Made by a program: the position numbers and the translations under genes. Positions 48,501 through 58,206 of a DNA stretch of 64,000 nucleotides are shown here, piece by piece. Each line of letters starts with the position of its first letter. The first letter of the stretch is position 1. The DNA comes from an uncultured bacterium (GTDB lineage: Bacteria; Omnitrophota; Gorgyraeia; Zapsychrales; Aceulaceae), in NCBI GenBank assembly GCA_937930175.1, contig CALGLP010000006.1:65749-129748 (forward strand), read 5' to 3'. The notes beneath the pieces were generated by a model. It ran no database searches and was not told the origin of the DNA. It saw nothing but the letters and a program-made list of their open reading frames with translations.

Positions 48501-49345
48501 TGTATTTTTACCATTAATTCCTGCGCTGCGTCCTTGATGGTTGCAACGAGAATGGTTTTTTGATGCTCTGTTAATGTCCCTTCATCGATGGGCCAGACAC
48601 ATGACGCTAGGCGTTCTTGCATTGCTTTTCCTGGAGGGAGCCCTTCGAGGATTTGCTCACATTTTTTTTCGCGCTTGGGAAAGAATGTTGCGCATCCAAT
48701 CACAACGTGGACATCGGTCAAGGCGTTTTCTTGGGTGTGCGCGCTTAGGCAAACCGTTAAAAGTGGAATGTCCACATCAGAACATTTGGGGATGCGACGG
48801 TAAACCGCGATGGTCTTTTCTTTGGGCTCGATCGACACTGCGGTTAAGATCCCTGCACATTTGGCGTTTTTAGACAGGAAATCATCGATTGCTACTGTTG
48901 TCTTTTTTTTATCAGGAAGACCAAAATGCAGTTTTGCGTCAAGTGCCAAAAGGCCGGTGTTAAATTCTGTCCACGTGTGTCGACTGGCAATATTGCCTCC
49001 GATGGTGGCCATGTTGCGGATTTGCGTTGTCGCGATGTTTTGCGCGATGGCAACAAGCACGGGACAGCTTTGGGCGAGTTCCTGCGATGAAAGGATCTCA
49101 GCGCACGTTGTCATGGCGCCGATGCTAATGCTGTGATGGTCCACGCGGATGCCTTTCAGTTCTTTGATCTTTTTAAGGCTGATCAGGTGCGCGGGTGTCT
49201 TGAGCCCTCTTTTCTTTAAAGTTTTGAGGGTATTGATGACAAAGGTCCCTCCTGCAATAAGTTTAGCATCAGGAAGCGAGGTTAAAAGGTCGCTTGCCTC
49301 GTTTAGAGTTTTTGGTTGATGATAGGAAAAAGGATTTAAGAGCAT
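48497..49345 (-). CDS. xanthine dehydrogenase family FAD-binding (medium) subunit
   Basis: FAD_binding_5-type domain (KLIAGGTFVI...IRNMATIGGNIA) and CO-dehydrogenase flavoprotein C-terminal region. Confidence 0.8.
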   Translation of the reverse strand: MLLNPFSYHQPKTLNEASDLLTSLPDAKLIAGGTFVINTLKTLKKRGLKTPAHLISLKKIKELKGIRVDHHSISIGAMTTCAEILSSQELAQSCPVLVAIAQNIATTQIRNMATIGGNIASRHTWTEFNTGLLALDAKLHFGLPDKKKTTVAIDDFLSKNAKCAGILTAVSIEPKEKTIAVYRRIPKCSDVDIPLLTVCLSAHTQENALTDVHVVIGCATFFPKREKKCEQILEGLPPGKAMQERLASCVWPIDEGTLTEHQKTILVATIKDAAQELMVKIQ

Positions 49346-49390
49346 CGATTTTATCTTTTATGGAACACGTTGTATTATAAAGACAGCTGT

Positions 49391-51232
49391 TTAATTTGCA
49401 ATCTTGTTTTTTGCTGTCAGCTTTAAGGCCTCATCCACCACAACGCCATCCCAGCCATGGCGGATGAGGTCTTGACGCAGGTCATCCGCGGTCTTGCCTG
49501 CCCTATTTTGGGGGTCGGCCAGAAAATATTTTAGGATATTAAGGTTGAAAATCTGGATCTTTCCAAGAATGACGCCGTGTGTTTTTTCAATATCAGGCCT
49601 ATTGGCCACAAAAGAAATTAGGCCTAAAAGAAGAGGAAGCCCCAGGACCAGAAGGCAGGTGTAAAAATCAAAAGCTTGAGCTTTACCTAGAAGAAATCCT
49701 GCGCAACCCCAGAAGGCATCAAAAAGAAAATGTCCCACGATGACAGGAATAATGCCGTAGCGAAGATAGAAAAAAGAAAGTAAGAGTCCTAAGCATGCGA
49801 CTTCAAGGCCACGAAACCACGCTGGAAAAATTGGATAATGTGTGTGTCCAAATCCCCAGACGATGGATGTCAGGAAGCAGGCGATGAAAACATTCTTAAG
49901 TATTTTTTCTCCCCAGCTGATACCAAAAAGGCGAAAGAAGATTTCTTCGGAGACGCCGGCGCGAAAGCTGATGGCCAGGACGGTTAAGAATGGCCAAAGG
50001 GATGAGGAGGCTTGAGCCACTTGAAAGCGTTCGGTCCAGACGTGGCAATAGGTGCGCCCAATATGGAAAAGAAGGGATTGAAGCCCTAGCATCATCATGG
50101 CAATAAAATATCCTAGAACAATGAGGCCTGTCACTTTACGGGAGCGAAAGGTTGATTGGATGTAGCTGACGAAGCCTTGGCCTTTATGTTTTAATTCGCT
50201 AGTTAAGGATTCCCCTGCAATGCCAGGCAAGATGATCGCGATGGCCGAAAATGTTCCTGCGGCCAAGAGCCCAAGGCTCATTTCGCTAAAAAAGACGCTT
50301 AGAGTTGATGTTGTTGGGTAATCAAAAAGAATATCAGGAATATTATTGATGTAAAATAAAATAATCATAATAAAAAGAATCAGCGCGAGAAGAATATAAA
50401 ATTTTTTAGATATTTGCATAATCAAATGATGGCGTTTGATCACAACCAAGTACGTTGCCGCCATGATCAGGCCATAGTAGAAAACAAGAAAGATGCCTGT
50501 TAAGATGCGTCCTGATTGCGTTGATCTTTCGATGGAGCGGTTAAATTCATCAGGGATGTCCAGGGATGCCGCATCAAAGGAAAGAATATCCTGGCCAGAG
50601 ACCTTGGCCCGAATGAGGAGCTTGGCGGTTCCAGCATTGGATTTTTCGCTCCAGGGGATGCTGACATTATTATGCTGCCAGCTAAAGGAATGATCAGTCC
50701 TGTTGTCATATTTCTTTGTTGTTTTTTCTTTGGGCATGTAGTCGTCAAATCGGACTGAAAAGGCTTGGGTTAAAAATGTTTTTGCTTGGTGATAGGCGTC
50801 GTCTAGCGGCAGCTCTTCTCGGGCCGCTGTTTCTTCCAGGATATGTCGGTAGGAAACAATTTTTCCATCTGAGGTGTCAACGACGACAACGTATTCTTCC
50901 TTCTCCCCTTCTTGAAAGAAACGGATCACCCAAAGGAAGAGATTAAGTTTGTATTCTTTAAGAAAGGCGATTTCGCCTTGAAACCCTAAGGTTTTTTGAA
51001 GGTAGCGATCTGCGCTGTCGTTAGTCTGTAGGATGATCGCATAACGGTATTCTTGAGGGGTGATGCCTTGAGAGGATAGATAGTCTTGGGCTATTTTAAG
51101 CGCTTGCGTCTTGCCAATAGACAGATCAACAAAAGAAAATTCAGGGTATCCCAGGCGCAACCAAAGGATAAAAGCGATAACGCTTAAGGCAAGATACACA
51201 ATCCACGTTTTTTTGGTTAGAGGCATTTGCAA
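49391..51232 (-). CDS. CPBP family intramembrane metalloprotease (CAAX protease-like) with large N-terminal extracytoplasmic domain
   Basis: C-terminal motifs SEEIFFRLFG (EExxxR), FGHTHY (FxxxH) and HFLFD (HxxxD) in a polytopic region. Confidence 0.75.
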   Translation of the reverse strand: MQMPLTKKTWIVYLALSVIAFILWLRLGYPEFSFVDLSIGKTQALKIAQDYLSSQGITPQEYRYAIILQTNDSADRYLQKTLGFQGEIAFLKEYKLNLFLWVIRFFQEGEKEEYVVVVDTSDGKIVSYRHILEETAAREELPLDDAYHQAKTFLTQAFSVRFDDYMPKEKTTKKYDNRTDHSFSWQHNNVSIPWSEKSNAGTAKLLIRAKVSGQDILSFDAASLDIPDEFNRSIERSTQSGRILTGIFLVFYYGLIMAATYLVVIKRHHLIMQISKKFYILLALILFIMIILFYINNIPDILFDYPTTSTLSVFFSEMSLGLLAAGTFSAIAIILPGIAGESLTSELKHKGQGFVSYIQSTFRSRKVTGLIVLGYFIAMMMLGLQSLLFHIGRTYCHVWTERFQVAQASSSLWPFLTVLAISFRAGVSEEIFFRLFGISWGEKILKNVFIACFLTSIVWGFGHTHYPIFPAWFRGLEVACLGLLLSFFYLRYGIIPVIVGHFLFDAFWGCAGFLLGKAQAFDFYTCLLVLGLPLLLGLISFVANRPDIEKTHGVILGKIQIFNLNILKYFLADPQNRAGKTADDLRQDLIRHGWDGVVVDEALKLTAKNKIAN

Positions 51233-51252
51233 GATATGTGCTTGACGCCCTG

Positions 51253-51918
51253 TTAAAGCAGTTGAATGACTTCGGCTGGAAGTCGCCGGAGTTCTTGGTT
51301 CCCCAAAATCTTAATGGACCAGCGTAATAACTCAAGCTTTTGTTTAAGCCGTTCATCGTCCTGAGCGATCGTGCTGAGTTTCTTTCGGGAGAGAAAAAAC
51401 ATTTTACGTAAGGTATTAAAAACAATACGCGCTTCACGGCTTCGGTTTTGGCCCTTTTTAAGAATGTTGTTGATGTATGTATAGGTGAGCTCGTTGACAA
51501 TTTTGTTGTAGTGGTCAAGCCGTTGTAGGAGAAAGGGAACCATGGATTCAAAATATTTATAGCGATCCATGATACATAGTGTATGCCGTATTTCGATCTC
51601 GACGTAAATGGAGTTTGTAAGCGCTGATCGCCTTAGAAGGGCTTTTTCGATCAAGATTTTTTCTCTGGAGAAAACAATTTCACTGTATTTTCTTTTGAAA
51701 ACATTGATCGCGGCCGCGGTGATGTAGGGTGACAAATTGTCATCGTTGATCATAGCGATGAGAACATCTTTGGATTCGTTTTCATATTGTTTGGCGTACC
51801 CTTCCAGAAGTTTCTTATCGTCAAAGATCGGAGAATCATTTTGAGCGGATACCAAGCGCGGAAAAAGGAAAGGATACGCTAGCGATAGGATAAGAAATAA
51901 GACCGCAAAACGTTTCAT
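51253..51918 (-). CDS. hypothetical secreted protein
   Basis: Signal peptide MKRFAVLFLILSLAYPFLFPRLVSA; no recognisable domain. Confidence 0.5.
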   Translation of the reverse strand: MKRFAVLFLILSLAYPFLFPRLVSAQNDSPIFDDKKLLEGYAKQYENESKDVLIAMINDDNLSPYITAAAINVFKRKYSEIVFSREKILIEKALLRRSALTNSIYVEIEIRHTLCIMDRYKYFESMVPFLLQRLDHYNKIVNELTYTYINNILKKGQNRSREARIVFNTLRKMFFLSRKKLSTIAQDDERLKQKLELLRWSIKILGNQELRRLPAEVIQLL

Positions 51919-51919
51919 G

Positions 51920-52774
51920 TTAAATGATGATCTCCATGGAAATATTGATAGCTTTTTTACTATGGGTCAGCGCACCAATGGAGATGCGCTTAATGCCTGT
52001 TTTGGCAACAGCGCGAATGTTCCTTAAGGTCACTCCTCCTGAGACTTCAAGGATGGGTTTATTCTTTGAGGGATCATTGTTGGCCAAGCGCACAGCGCTT
52101 TTGATCTGGGAAATGGTCATGTTGTCGAGCAAAATAAGATGAGGTTTGGCAGCCCAGGCTTCTGTAAAATCATTGATCGTCTCAACTTCGATGCCAATGG
52201 GTTTTAAGGTTTTGTTCCTGGCTTTTGTTATCATATCCGTAATCGATAAATGAGAAATGAGGTGGTGATTGTCTTTGATTAAAACCATTTCGTTTAAGTC
52301 GAGACGATGGTTAACTCCTTTGGCGCAGCGAATTGCTTCTTTTTCAAGCAAGCGAAATCCTGGCGTTGTTTTGCGTGTGTCCACAATTTGAATCTGGAGG
52401 GGATGCACTTTCTGGATAAAGGCGGTTGTGTTGGTCGCAATGGCCGATAAGTGACTTAAGAAATTGAGCGCAACGCGTTCACCGCTTAGCAGGGCCTTTG
52501 TCTTCCCTCGGATCTCAATAACAGTTTTTTCCTTGGTGACGATATCGCCATCTTTGAAAAGAGTGCGGACAGCAACTGCTTTGTCGAGTTTCTTAAAAAC
52601 GTGTTTGACGACCTCAAGTCCTGCCAAGGTGGCTGTTTCATGGATAATGATTTTAGCCTTGGAAAACATAGTCCTTGGGACAAAAATATCAGTGGTAATG
52701 TCTCCCCTGCCGATGTCTTCGCGCAAGGCAAGATCAATGATGCGGTCCATGCTTTTGATGATGCGGGAATTCAT
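51920..52774 (-). CDS. nadC: nicotinate-nucleotide diphosphorylase (carboxylating), quinolinate phosphoribosyltransferase
   Basis: DIGRGDITT, ERVALNFLSHLSAIAT, DTRKTTPGFR and EVSGG motifs of NadC. Confidence 0.9.
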   Translation of the reverse strand: MNSRIIKSMDRIIDLALREDIGRGDITTDIFVPRTMFSKAKIIIHETATLAGLEVVKHVFKKLDKAVAVRTLFKDGDIVTKEKTVIEIRGKTKALLSGERVALNFLSHLSAIATNTTAFIQKVHPLQIQIVDTRKTTPGFRLLEKEAIRCAKGVNHRLDLNEMVLIKDNHHLISHLSITDMITKARNKTLKPIGIEVETINDFTEAWAAKPHLILLDNMTISQIKSAVRLANNDPSKNKPILEVSGGVTLRNIRAVAKTGIKRISIGALTHSKKAINISMEIII

Positions 52775-52775
52775 T

Positions 52776-55409
52776 TTACGAAAGCTCTTTGAGGGTATTG
52801 TTAAGGTCGTTCATTTTTGTCTTGAGTTCTTTAAGCCGAGCCCTTTCTTTCTCTACGACTTCTTTGGGCGCGCGCTTAAGAAAATTTTCATCGTGAAGTC
52901 TTACTATAAGATTTTCGCATGTTTGTGAGCAACTTTCAATTTCTGTTTTAATTCTTTTCTTCTCTTGCTCTAGATCAATAAGGCCTTGAAGCGGGATGTA
53001 GAGTTTGATTTGTCCGCAAAGACCCGTGGCCATGTCTTTGGCATCAAGAGTTGCGGCTATCGACATTTTTTCAACGCGTGCTAAAGATTTGATAATAGAA
53101 AGATTTTTTTCTAGCCACGTGTATTGGCCGCTAGGACACTGGACAAAGCAGGAAATCGCTGTGGATTGCGGGATGCGCCATTGAGACCTGACATTGCGCA
53201 ACGTGGTGATAAAGTCAAAAAGGCTGTCCATTTGTTTTTCAATTTTGGGATGATGAAGCTTGGGATTGATGGTCGGCCAACTTTGTAAGGAGAGTACATC
53301 TTGGGAGATGTTGATCTCTTGCCAAATCTCTTCGCTGACAAAAGGCATAAAGGGGTGAATAAGGCGCAAAAGCTGGTCGAGCACATAGACCGAAACGATT
53401 TGAACATCCTTTTTGGTAAAATCACCTTTGATCATTTCAAGATACCAGTCGCAGAAATGTTTCCAAATAAAATCATAGATCAGGCTTTCCGCCTCGGAAA
53501 AGCGATACTTTTCGATTGCGATTTCCATATCCTTGGTGGTTGTTTGAAGTTTGGAAAGAATCCACAAGCATGGCATGGGAAGCTCTGCTTTGTTGATTTT
53601 CTTAAATTCATCGTAGAGGTGAGCGCCTTGGACTAAAGGCGCATTCATAAAAATAAGGCGTGAGGCATTCCAGATCTTATTGGCGAAATTGCGGCCAATT
53701 TCAAATTTTTCTTTGGAGATAAAAAGATCTTGTCCTGAATTAATGATCAGGCTAAAGCGAAGTGCATCGGCCCCGTATTCTTTAATGATCTCAAGAGGGT
53801 CAATGGCATTGCCTAAGGATTTTGACATTTTACGTCCCTGGGCATCGCGGACTGTTCCGTGGATGTAAACCGTGGAAAAAGGAATTTGACCTTTGAATGC
53901 GAGCCCTGCCATGATCATGCGTGCGACCCAGAAGAAAATAATTTCAGGCGCTGTAAAAAGGGTTGCGGTCGGATAAAAATAATCTAAGTCTTTGCTTTTT
54001 TGGGGCCAACCTAGCGTGGCAAAAGGCCATAGCCATGAGGAAAACCATGTGTCTAAAACATCAGGGTCTTGGTAGAGGTCTCTGCCACGGCATTTGGGGC
54101 AATGCGTAGGTTTTTCTTCGCTAACCATATAGTGGTCTTCCCCGCAGGGCTTGCAGTACCATATGGGAATGCGATGTCCCCACCAAATTTGTCGCGAGAT
54201 GCACCAGTCGCGAATATTCTCCATCCAGTTGAGATAAACCTTGGTCCAGCGATCAGGATAAAAGGTGATTGTTTTCTTTTTCACAACATCCATGGCGCGC
54301 TTGGCCAAGGGTTTCATTTTGACAAACCATTGGCGGGACAAGAAGGGCTCGACAATCGTATGGCAGCGGTAGCAATGTCCGACGGCATGGGCATGGGTTT
54401 GTGTTTTTTCAAGAAGGCCTTGGGCTTGGAGATCTTCAAGAACTGCGTGCCTGGCTTTAAATCGGTCAAGGCCGCAATAGGCTCCAGCGTTTTTGTTTAA
54501 GTGTCCGTTATTTTCAAGGATATTGATAAAGGCGAGATTGTGACGTTTGCCCATTTCAAAGTCGTTGGGGTCATGGGCTGGTGTGACTTTGACGGCTCCG
54601 GTTCCAAATTGAGGATCAACAAAAGTATCCGCGATGATTTTGATTTCACGGTTGACCAGAGGCAGTAGAAGGGTTTGGCCGATGAAGGATTGATATCGTT
54701 GATCTTTGGGGTTGACGGCAACAGCTGTGTCCCCGAGCATCGTTTCTGGACGTGTTGTGGCAACAATGATCACTTGCTGGGGATTATTTTTAAATGGATA
54801 TTTGATGTGGTAAAGCGTGCCTGTTGTGTCTTGGTGTTCAGCCTCTTCGTCAGAAAGCGCGGTCTGGCAACGCGGGCACCAATTGATGATGCGCTGTCCT
54901 CGATAAACTAGGCCTTTTTTATGAAGCTTGATAAAAACAGTTTTAACAGCTTTGCTGTAATCCTCATCCATGGTAAATCGTGTGCGATCCCAGTCGCAGG
55001 AGGAACCAAGTTTCTTGAGCTGATGGATAATGGTTTCGCCATATTGTTTTTTCCAGTCCCAGAGACGTTGCGTAAATTCTTCGCGTGTCAAGTCGTGTCG
55101 GGTTTTCCCTTCTTTGGCGAGTTGTTTTTCGACGACATTCTGAGTTGCGATACCTGCGTGATCAGTGCCTGGCATCCAAAGAGCCTCAAAGCCTTTCATG
55201 CGTTTGTAGCGGATAAGGATATCTTGAAGGGTATTGTTTAAGGCATGTCCCATGTGCAAGATGCCCGTTACGTTAGGGGGAGGGATCACAATGGTGTAGG
55301 GTTTTTTCCCACGCTTAGGTTTGGCGTGAAAAAGATGGTTGCTTTCCCAAACGTGGCGATGCGCGTCTTCCACGATGCCTGGACTGTATCGAGTGGACAA
55401 TTCTTTCAT
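52776..55409 (-). CDS. valS: valine--tRNA ligase
   Basis: HIGH motif (PPPNVTGILHMGHA), KMSKS (KMSKSLGN), an editing domain and a C-terminal coiled coil; 877 aa. Confidence 0.95.
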   Translation of the reverse strand: MKELSTRYSPGIVEDAHRHVWESNHLFHAKPKRGKKPYTIVIPPPNVTGILHMGHALNNTLQDILIRYKRMKGFEALWMPGTDHAGIATQNVVEKQLAKEGKTRHDLTREEFTQRLWDWKKQYGETIIHQLKKLGSSCDWDRTRFTMDEDYSKAVKTVFIKLHKKGLVYRGQRIINWCPRCQTALSDEEAEHQDTTGTLYHIKYPFKNNPQQVIIVATTRPETMLGDTAVAVNPKDQRYQSFIGQTLLLPLVNREIKIIADTFVDPQFGTGAVKVTPAHDPNDFEMGKRHNLAFINILENNGHLNKNAGAYCGLDRFKARHAVLEDLQAQGLLEKTQTHAHAVGHCYRCHTIVEPFLSRQWFVKMKPLAKRAMDVVKKKTITFYPDRWTKVYLNWMENIRDWCISRQIWWGHRIPIWYCKPCGEDHYMVSEEKPTHCPKCRGRDLYQDPDVLDTWFSSWLWPFATLGWPQKSKDLDYFYPTATLFTAPEIIFFWVARMIMAGLAFKGQIPFSTVYIHGTVRDAQGRKMSKSLGNAIDPLEIIKEYGADALRFSLIINSGQDLFISKEKFEIGRNFANKIWNASRLIFMNAPLVQGAHLYDEFKKINKAELPMPCLWILSKLQTTTKDMEIAIEKYRFSEAESLIYDFIWKHFCDWYLEMIKGDFTKKDVQIVSVYVLDQLLRLIHPFMPFVSEEIWQEINISQDVLSLQSWPTINPKLHHPKIEKQMDSLFDFITTLRNVRSQWRIPQSTAISCFVQCPSGQYTWLEKNLSIIKSLARVEKMSIAATLDAKDMATGLCGQIKLYIPLQGLIDLEQEKKRIKTEIESCSQTCENLIVRLHDENFLKRAPKEVVEKERARLKELKTKMNDLNNTLKELS

Positions 55410-55411
55410 GA

Positions 55412-56980
55412 TTATTTTTTGAGATCTTTGAGGAGTTTATATTCGATACTATCGATCAAGGCTTCCCAGCTTGCTTCAATGACGTTTTCATGAACGCCAA
55501 CGGTGGTCCAGGAATCTGTTTCGTCTTGAGATTCAATTAAAACACGGACCTTGGCGGCTGTTGCCGCTTTCGAGTTGATCACGCGGACCTTGTAGTCGGT
55601 CAAGTGCATTTCTTTGAGATTGGGATAAAATTTTGTCAGGACTTTGCGTAAGGCGCGATCAAGGGCATCTACCGGACCGTCGCCATCTGAGGCGCTAAAT
55701 TCTTTCTGGCCGTTGATCGCGATGCGCAGTGATGCTTCAGCAAAGGTTTTGCCATCGTTACGTTTTTCCGTAGTAACTTTAAAACTTTCTAGATCAAAGA
55801 AGGGTTTGTATTCTTTGAGTTGGCGCTTGACTAGGATTTCAAAGGAGGCATCCGCGGCCTCAAATTGATAGCCCTCAAGCTCTTTGTCTTGCAATAGTTT
55901 TAAAATATTTTTTGTGGCTTCGGACTTTTTATCAAGCGTGATCCCTAGGGCTTGGGCTTTAATGACAATGGGCATCTTCCCTGCTAATTCGGAGGTAAGA
56001 AAGCGGCGATGATTGCCGACGGTATTGGGATCTAGATGTTCGTAGGCCTGAAGATTTTTAAGCATCGCATCAATATGAACTCCGCCTTTATGAGCAAACG
56101 CTGAATGGCCAACAAAGGCATGGTTGTCCTGGAGCTTGATATTGCTAATTTCGCTGATAAAGTAGGCGGCTTCTGTTAGCTGTTTTATTTTTGACGCGGG
56201 AATTGATTTGAAGTTTGTTTTTGTATGTAGGATACCGATAATCGTTGTGAGATCGGCATTTCCACAGCGTTCCCCGAGTCCGTTAAAGGTCCCTTGGATT
56301 TGGCGTGCCCCTGTTTCAATAGCGATTAAGCTATTGGCGACAGCCAAGTCAAGATCATTGTGGCAATGAATGCCAAGCGGGGTCTTGATGTGCGCTTTGA
56401 CTTCATGGATGATTCGACGGATATCCTCCGGAAGGGTTCCACCATTGGTATCGCAGAGAATGATGTAGTTGGCTTTCGCGTCTTGGGCTTTAAGAATTGT
56501 TTTTAAGGCGTAGTCTGGATTCTTTTTGTAAGCATCAAAAAAATGTTCCGCGTCGTAGAAAACTTCTGTGGTTTTGCTTTTAAGAAAATGCACGGAGTCA
56601 TAAATCATTTGGAGGTTTTCTTCAAGCGTTGTTTTAAGGACGTCAAGGACATGAAAGTCAGAGCTTTTGCCGAAAATGGTAATGGTCTTCGCTTGAGATG
56701 CGACAAGCTCTTGAAGGTTGCTATCGTCTTTGGGGTCGATATGCGCTCGCCGGGTTGATCCAAAGGCTGCCACAACCGTATTTTTAAGCTTTTTTGTTTG
56801 GATGAGCTTAAAAAATTCTTTATCTTTAGGATTAGAGCCCGGCCATCCGCCTTCAACGTAATGGATCCCAAGATCGTCGAGTTTTTCGGTGATATGGATC
56901 TTATCATTGACAGAAAACGACACCCCTTCGGTTTGAGAACCGTCACGCAGGGTTGTATCGTAGATAGTAACGTGAGACAT
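55412..56980 (-). CDS. cimA: citramalate synthase / 2-isopropylmalate synthase family enzyme (CimA-like)
   Basis: TLRDGSQTEGVSFS...VEGGWPGSNPKD N-terminus typical of the CimA/LeuA clade; HMGL-like TIM barrel plus a C-terminal LeuA-dimer domain. Cannot separate CimA from LeuA by sequence alone. Confidence 0.75.
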   Translation of the reverse strand: MSHVTIYDTTLRDGSQTEGVSFSVNDKIHITEKLDDLGIHYVEGGWPGSNPKDKEFFKLIQTKKLKNTVVAAFGSTRRAHIDPKDDSNLQELVASQAKTITIFGKSSDFHVLDVLKTTLEENLQMIYDSVHFLKSKTTEVFYDAEHFFDAYKKNPDYALKTILKAQDAKANYIILCDTNGGTLPEDIRRIIHEVKAHIKTPLGIHCHNDLDLAVANSLIAIETGARQIQGTFNGLGERCGNADLTTIIGILHTKTNFKSIPASKIKQLTEAAYFISEISNIKLQDNHAFVGHSAFAHKGGVHIDAMLKNLQAYEHLDPNTVGNHRRFLTSELAGKMPIVIKAQALGITLDKKSEATKNILKLLQDKELEGYQFEAADASFEILVKRQLKEYKPFFDLESFKVTTEKRNDGKTFAEASLRIAINGQKEFSASDGDGPVDALDRALRKVLTKFYPNLKEMHLTDYKVRVINSKAATAAKVRVLIESQDETDSWTTVGVHENVIEASWEALIDSIEYKLLKDLKK

Positions 56981-58206
56981 TATCCAGCCTTTTCGAGGTT
57001 AAATTTTTTGTGAAGAATTTGAACAGCCTTGTCGGAGAATCGTTGATTAATGATACAGGAAATGCTGATCTCCGAGGTTGTGATCATTTCGATATTAATT
57101 TTGGAATCCGCTAGAGTTTGAAACATTTTCGCCGCAACGCCTCGGTGGGAACGCATCCCTGATCCAACGACGGAAACGCGGGCAATGTCTTTATCAGAAA
57201 GAATATCGCCAATTTTCATTTGGTTTGAAATGCCTTGAACGGTTTTGAGTGTTTTGGCTAGGTCAACCTTGGGCACTGTAAAGGAAATATCGGTTTGTTT
57301 GGTGTGGCTAACATTTTGAACAATGGTGTCAACGTTGATCCCTGCCTTGGAAATGGCTGTAAAGATTTTGGCCGCAATCCCAGGCTTGTCAGGGACGTTA
57401 CAGATGGTGACCTTCGCCTCAGATTTGTTGCAAGTGACGCTGCGGACAGCGACGCTTTCCATTTTTTCATCTTTTTGGGTGATCATGGTTCCTTCCTCCT
57501 TGGAAAAGCTTGATCGAACGTGTAGTGAGATATTGTATTTTTTGGCAACCTCAATGGAGCGCGCTTGCATGACTTGAGCGCCCAGAACGGCCATTTCCAA
57601 CATTTCTTCATGGGTAATATGCTTTAACTTACGTGCATTTTTAACAACGCGCGGATCAGTGGTATAAATGCCTGTCACATCTGTATAGATTTCGCAAACA
57701 TCCGCGGCGAGGGCCTTGGCCAAGGCGACCGCGGTTAAGTCGGATCCTCCTCGACCTAAGGTCGTGATCTCATCATCCGTTGTAATACCTTGAAATCCTG
57801 CCACAATTACAATTTTATTCTCGGCAAGGGCTTTGCGGATACGCTTGGGATCAATTTTAATGATTTTGGCTTTGGTGTGAACGTTGTCGGTGCGAATCCC
57901 AACCTGAGCGCCAGTAAATGAGATAGCGTCGAGGCCAAGCTTTTTAACTGCCATAGCTAAGAGCGCGCAGGAAACCTGTTCCCCGGTTGAAATGAGCATG
58001 TCCATTTCTCGCTCGGGTGGTGTGGGGTCAATGGCAAAAGCAAGCTCTTCAAGCTCATCGGTGGTGTCCCCTAGCGCAGAAACCACTACAACGACATCAT
58101 GGTTGTTCTTTTTGTAGTCAACAACACGTTGAGCCACATTTTTGATGCGGTCAATATTAGCGACGGAGGAACCGCCAAATTTTTGGACAATAAGTTGTTT
58201 ACCCAT
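56980..58206 (-). CDS. lysC: aspartate kinase
   Basis: LIVQKFGGSSVA N-terminal kinase motif, amino-acid kinase domain plus two C-terminal ACT domains. Confidence 0.9.
   Translation of the reverse strand: MGKQLIVQKFGGSSVANIDRIKNVAQRVVDYKKNNHDVVVVVSALGDTTDELEELAFAIDPTPPEREMDMLISTGEQVSCALLAMAVKKLGLDAISFTGAQVGIRTDNVHTKAKIIKIDPKRIRKALAENKIVIVAGFQGITTDDEITTLGRGGSDLTAVALAKALAADVCEIYTDVTGIYTTDPRVVKNARKLKHITHEEMLEMAVLGAQVMQARSIEVAKKYNISLHVRSSFSKEEGTMITQKDEKMESVAVRSVTCNKSEAKVTICNVPDKPGIAAKIFTAISKAGINVDTIVQNVSHTKQTDISFTVPKVDLAKTLKTVQGISNQMKIGDILSDKDIARVSVVGSGMRSHRGVAAKMFQTLADSKINIEMITTSEISISCIINQRFSDKAVQILHKKFNLEKAG

Noticed and set aside
53111-55493. Several 60-143 aa ORFs on both strands inside valS
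   Set aside because: They sit within or antisense to a highly conserved aminoacyl-tRNA synthetase frame and have no independent signals.
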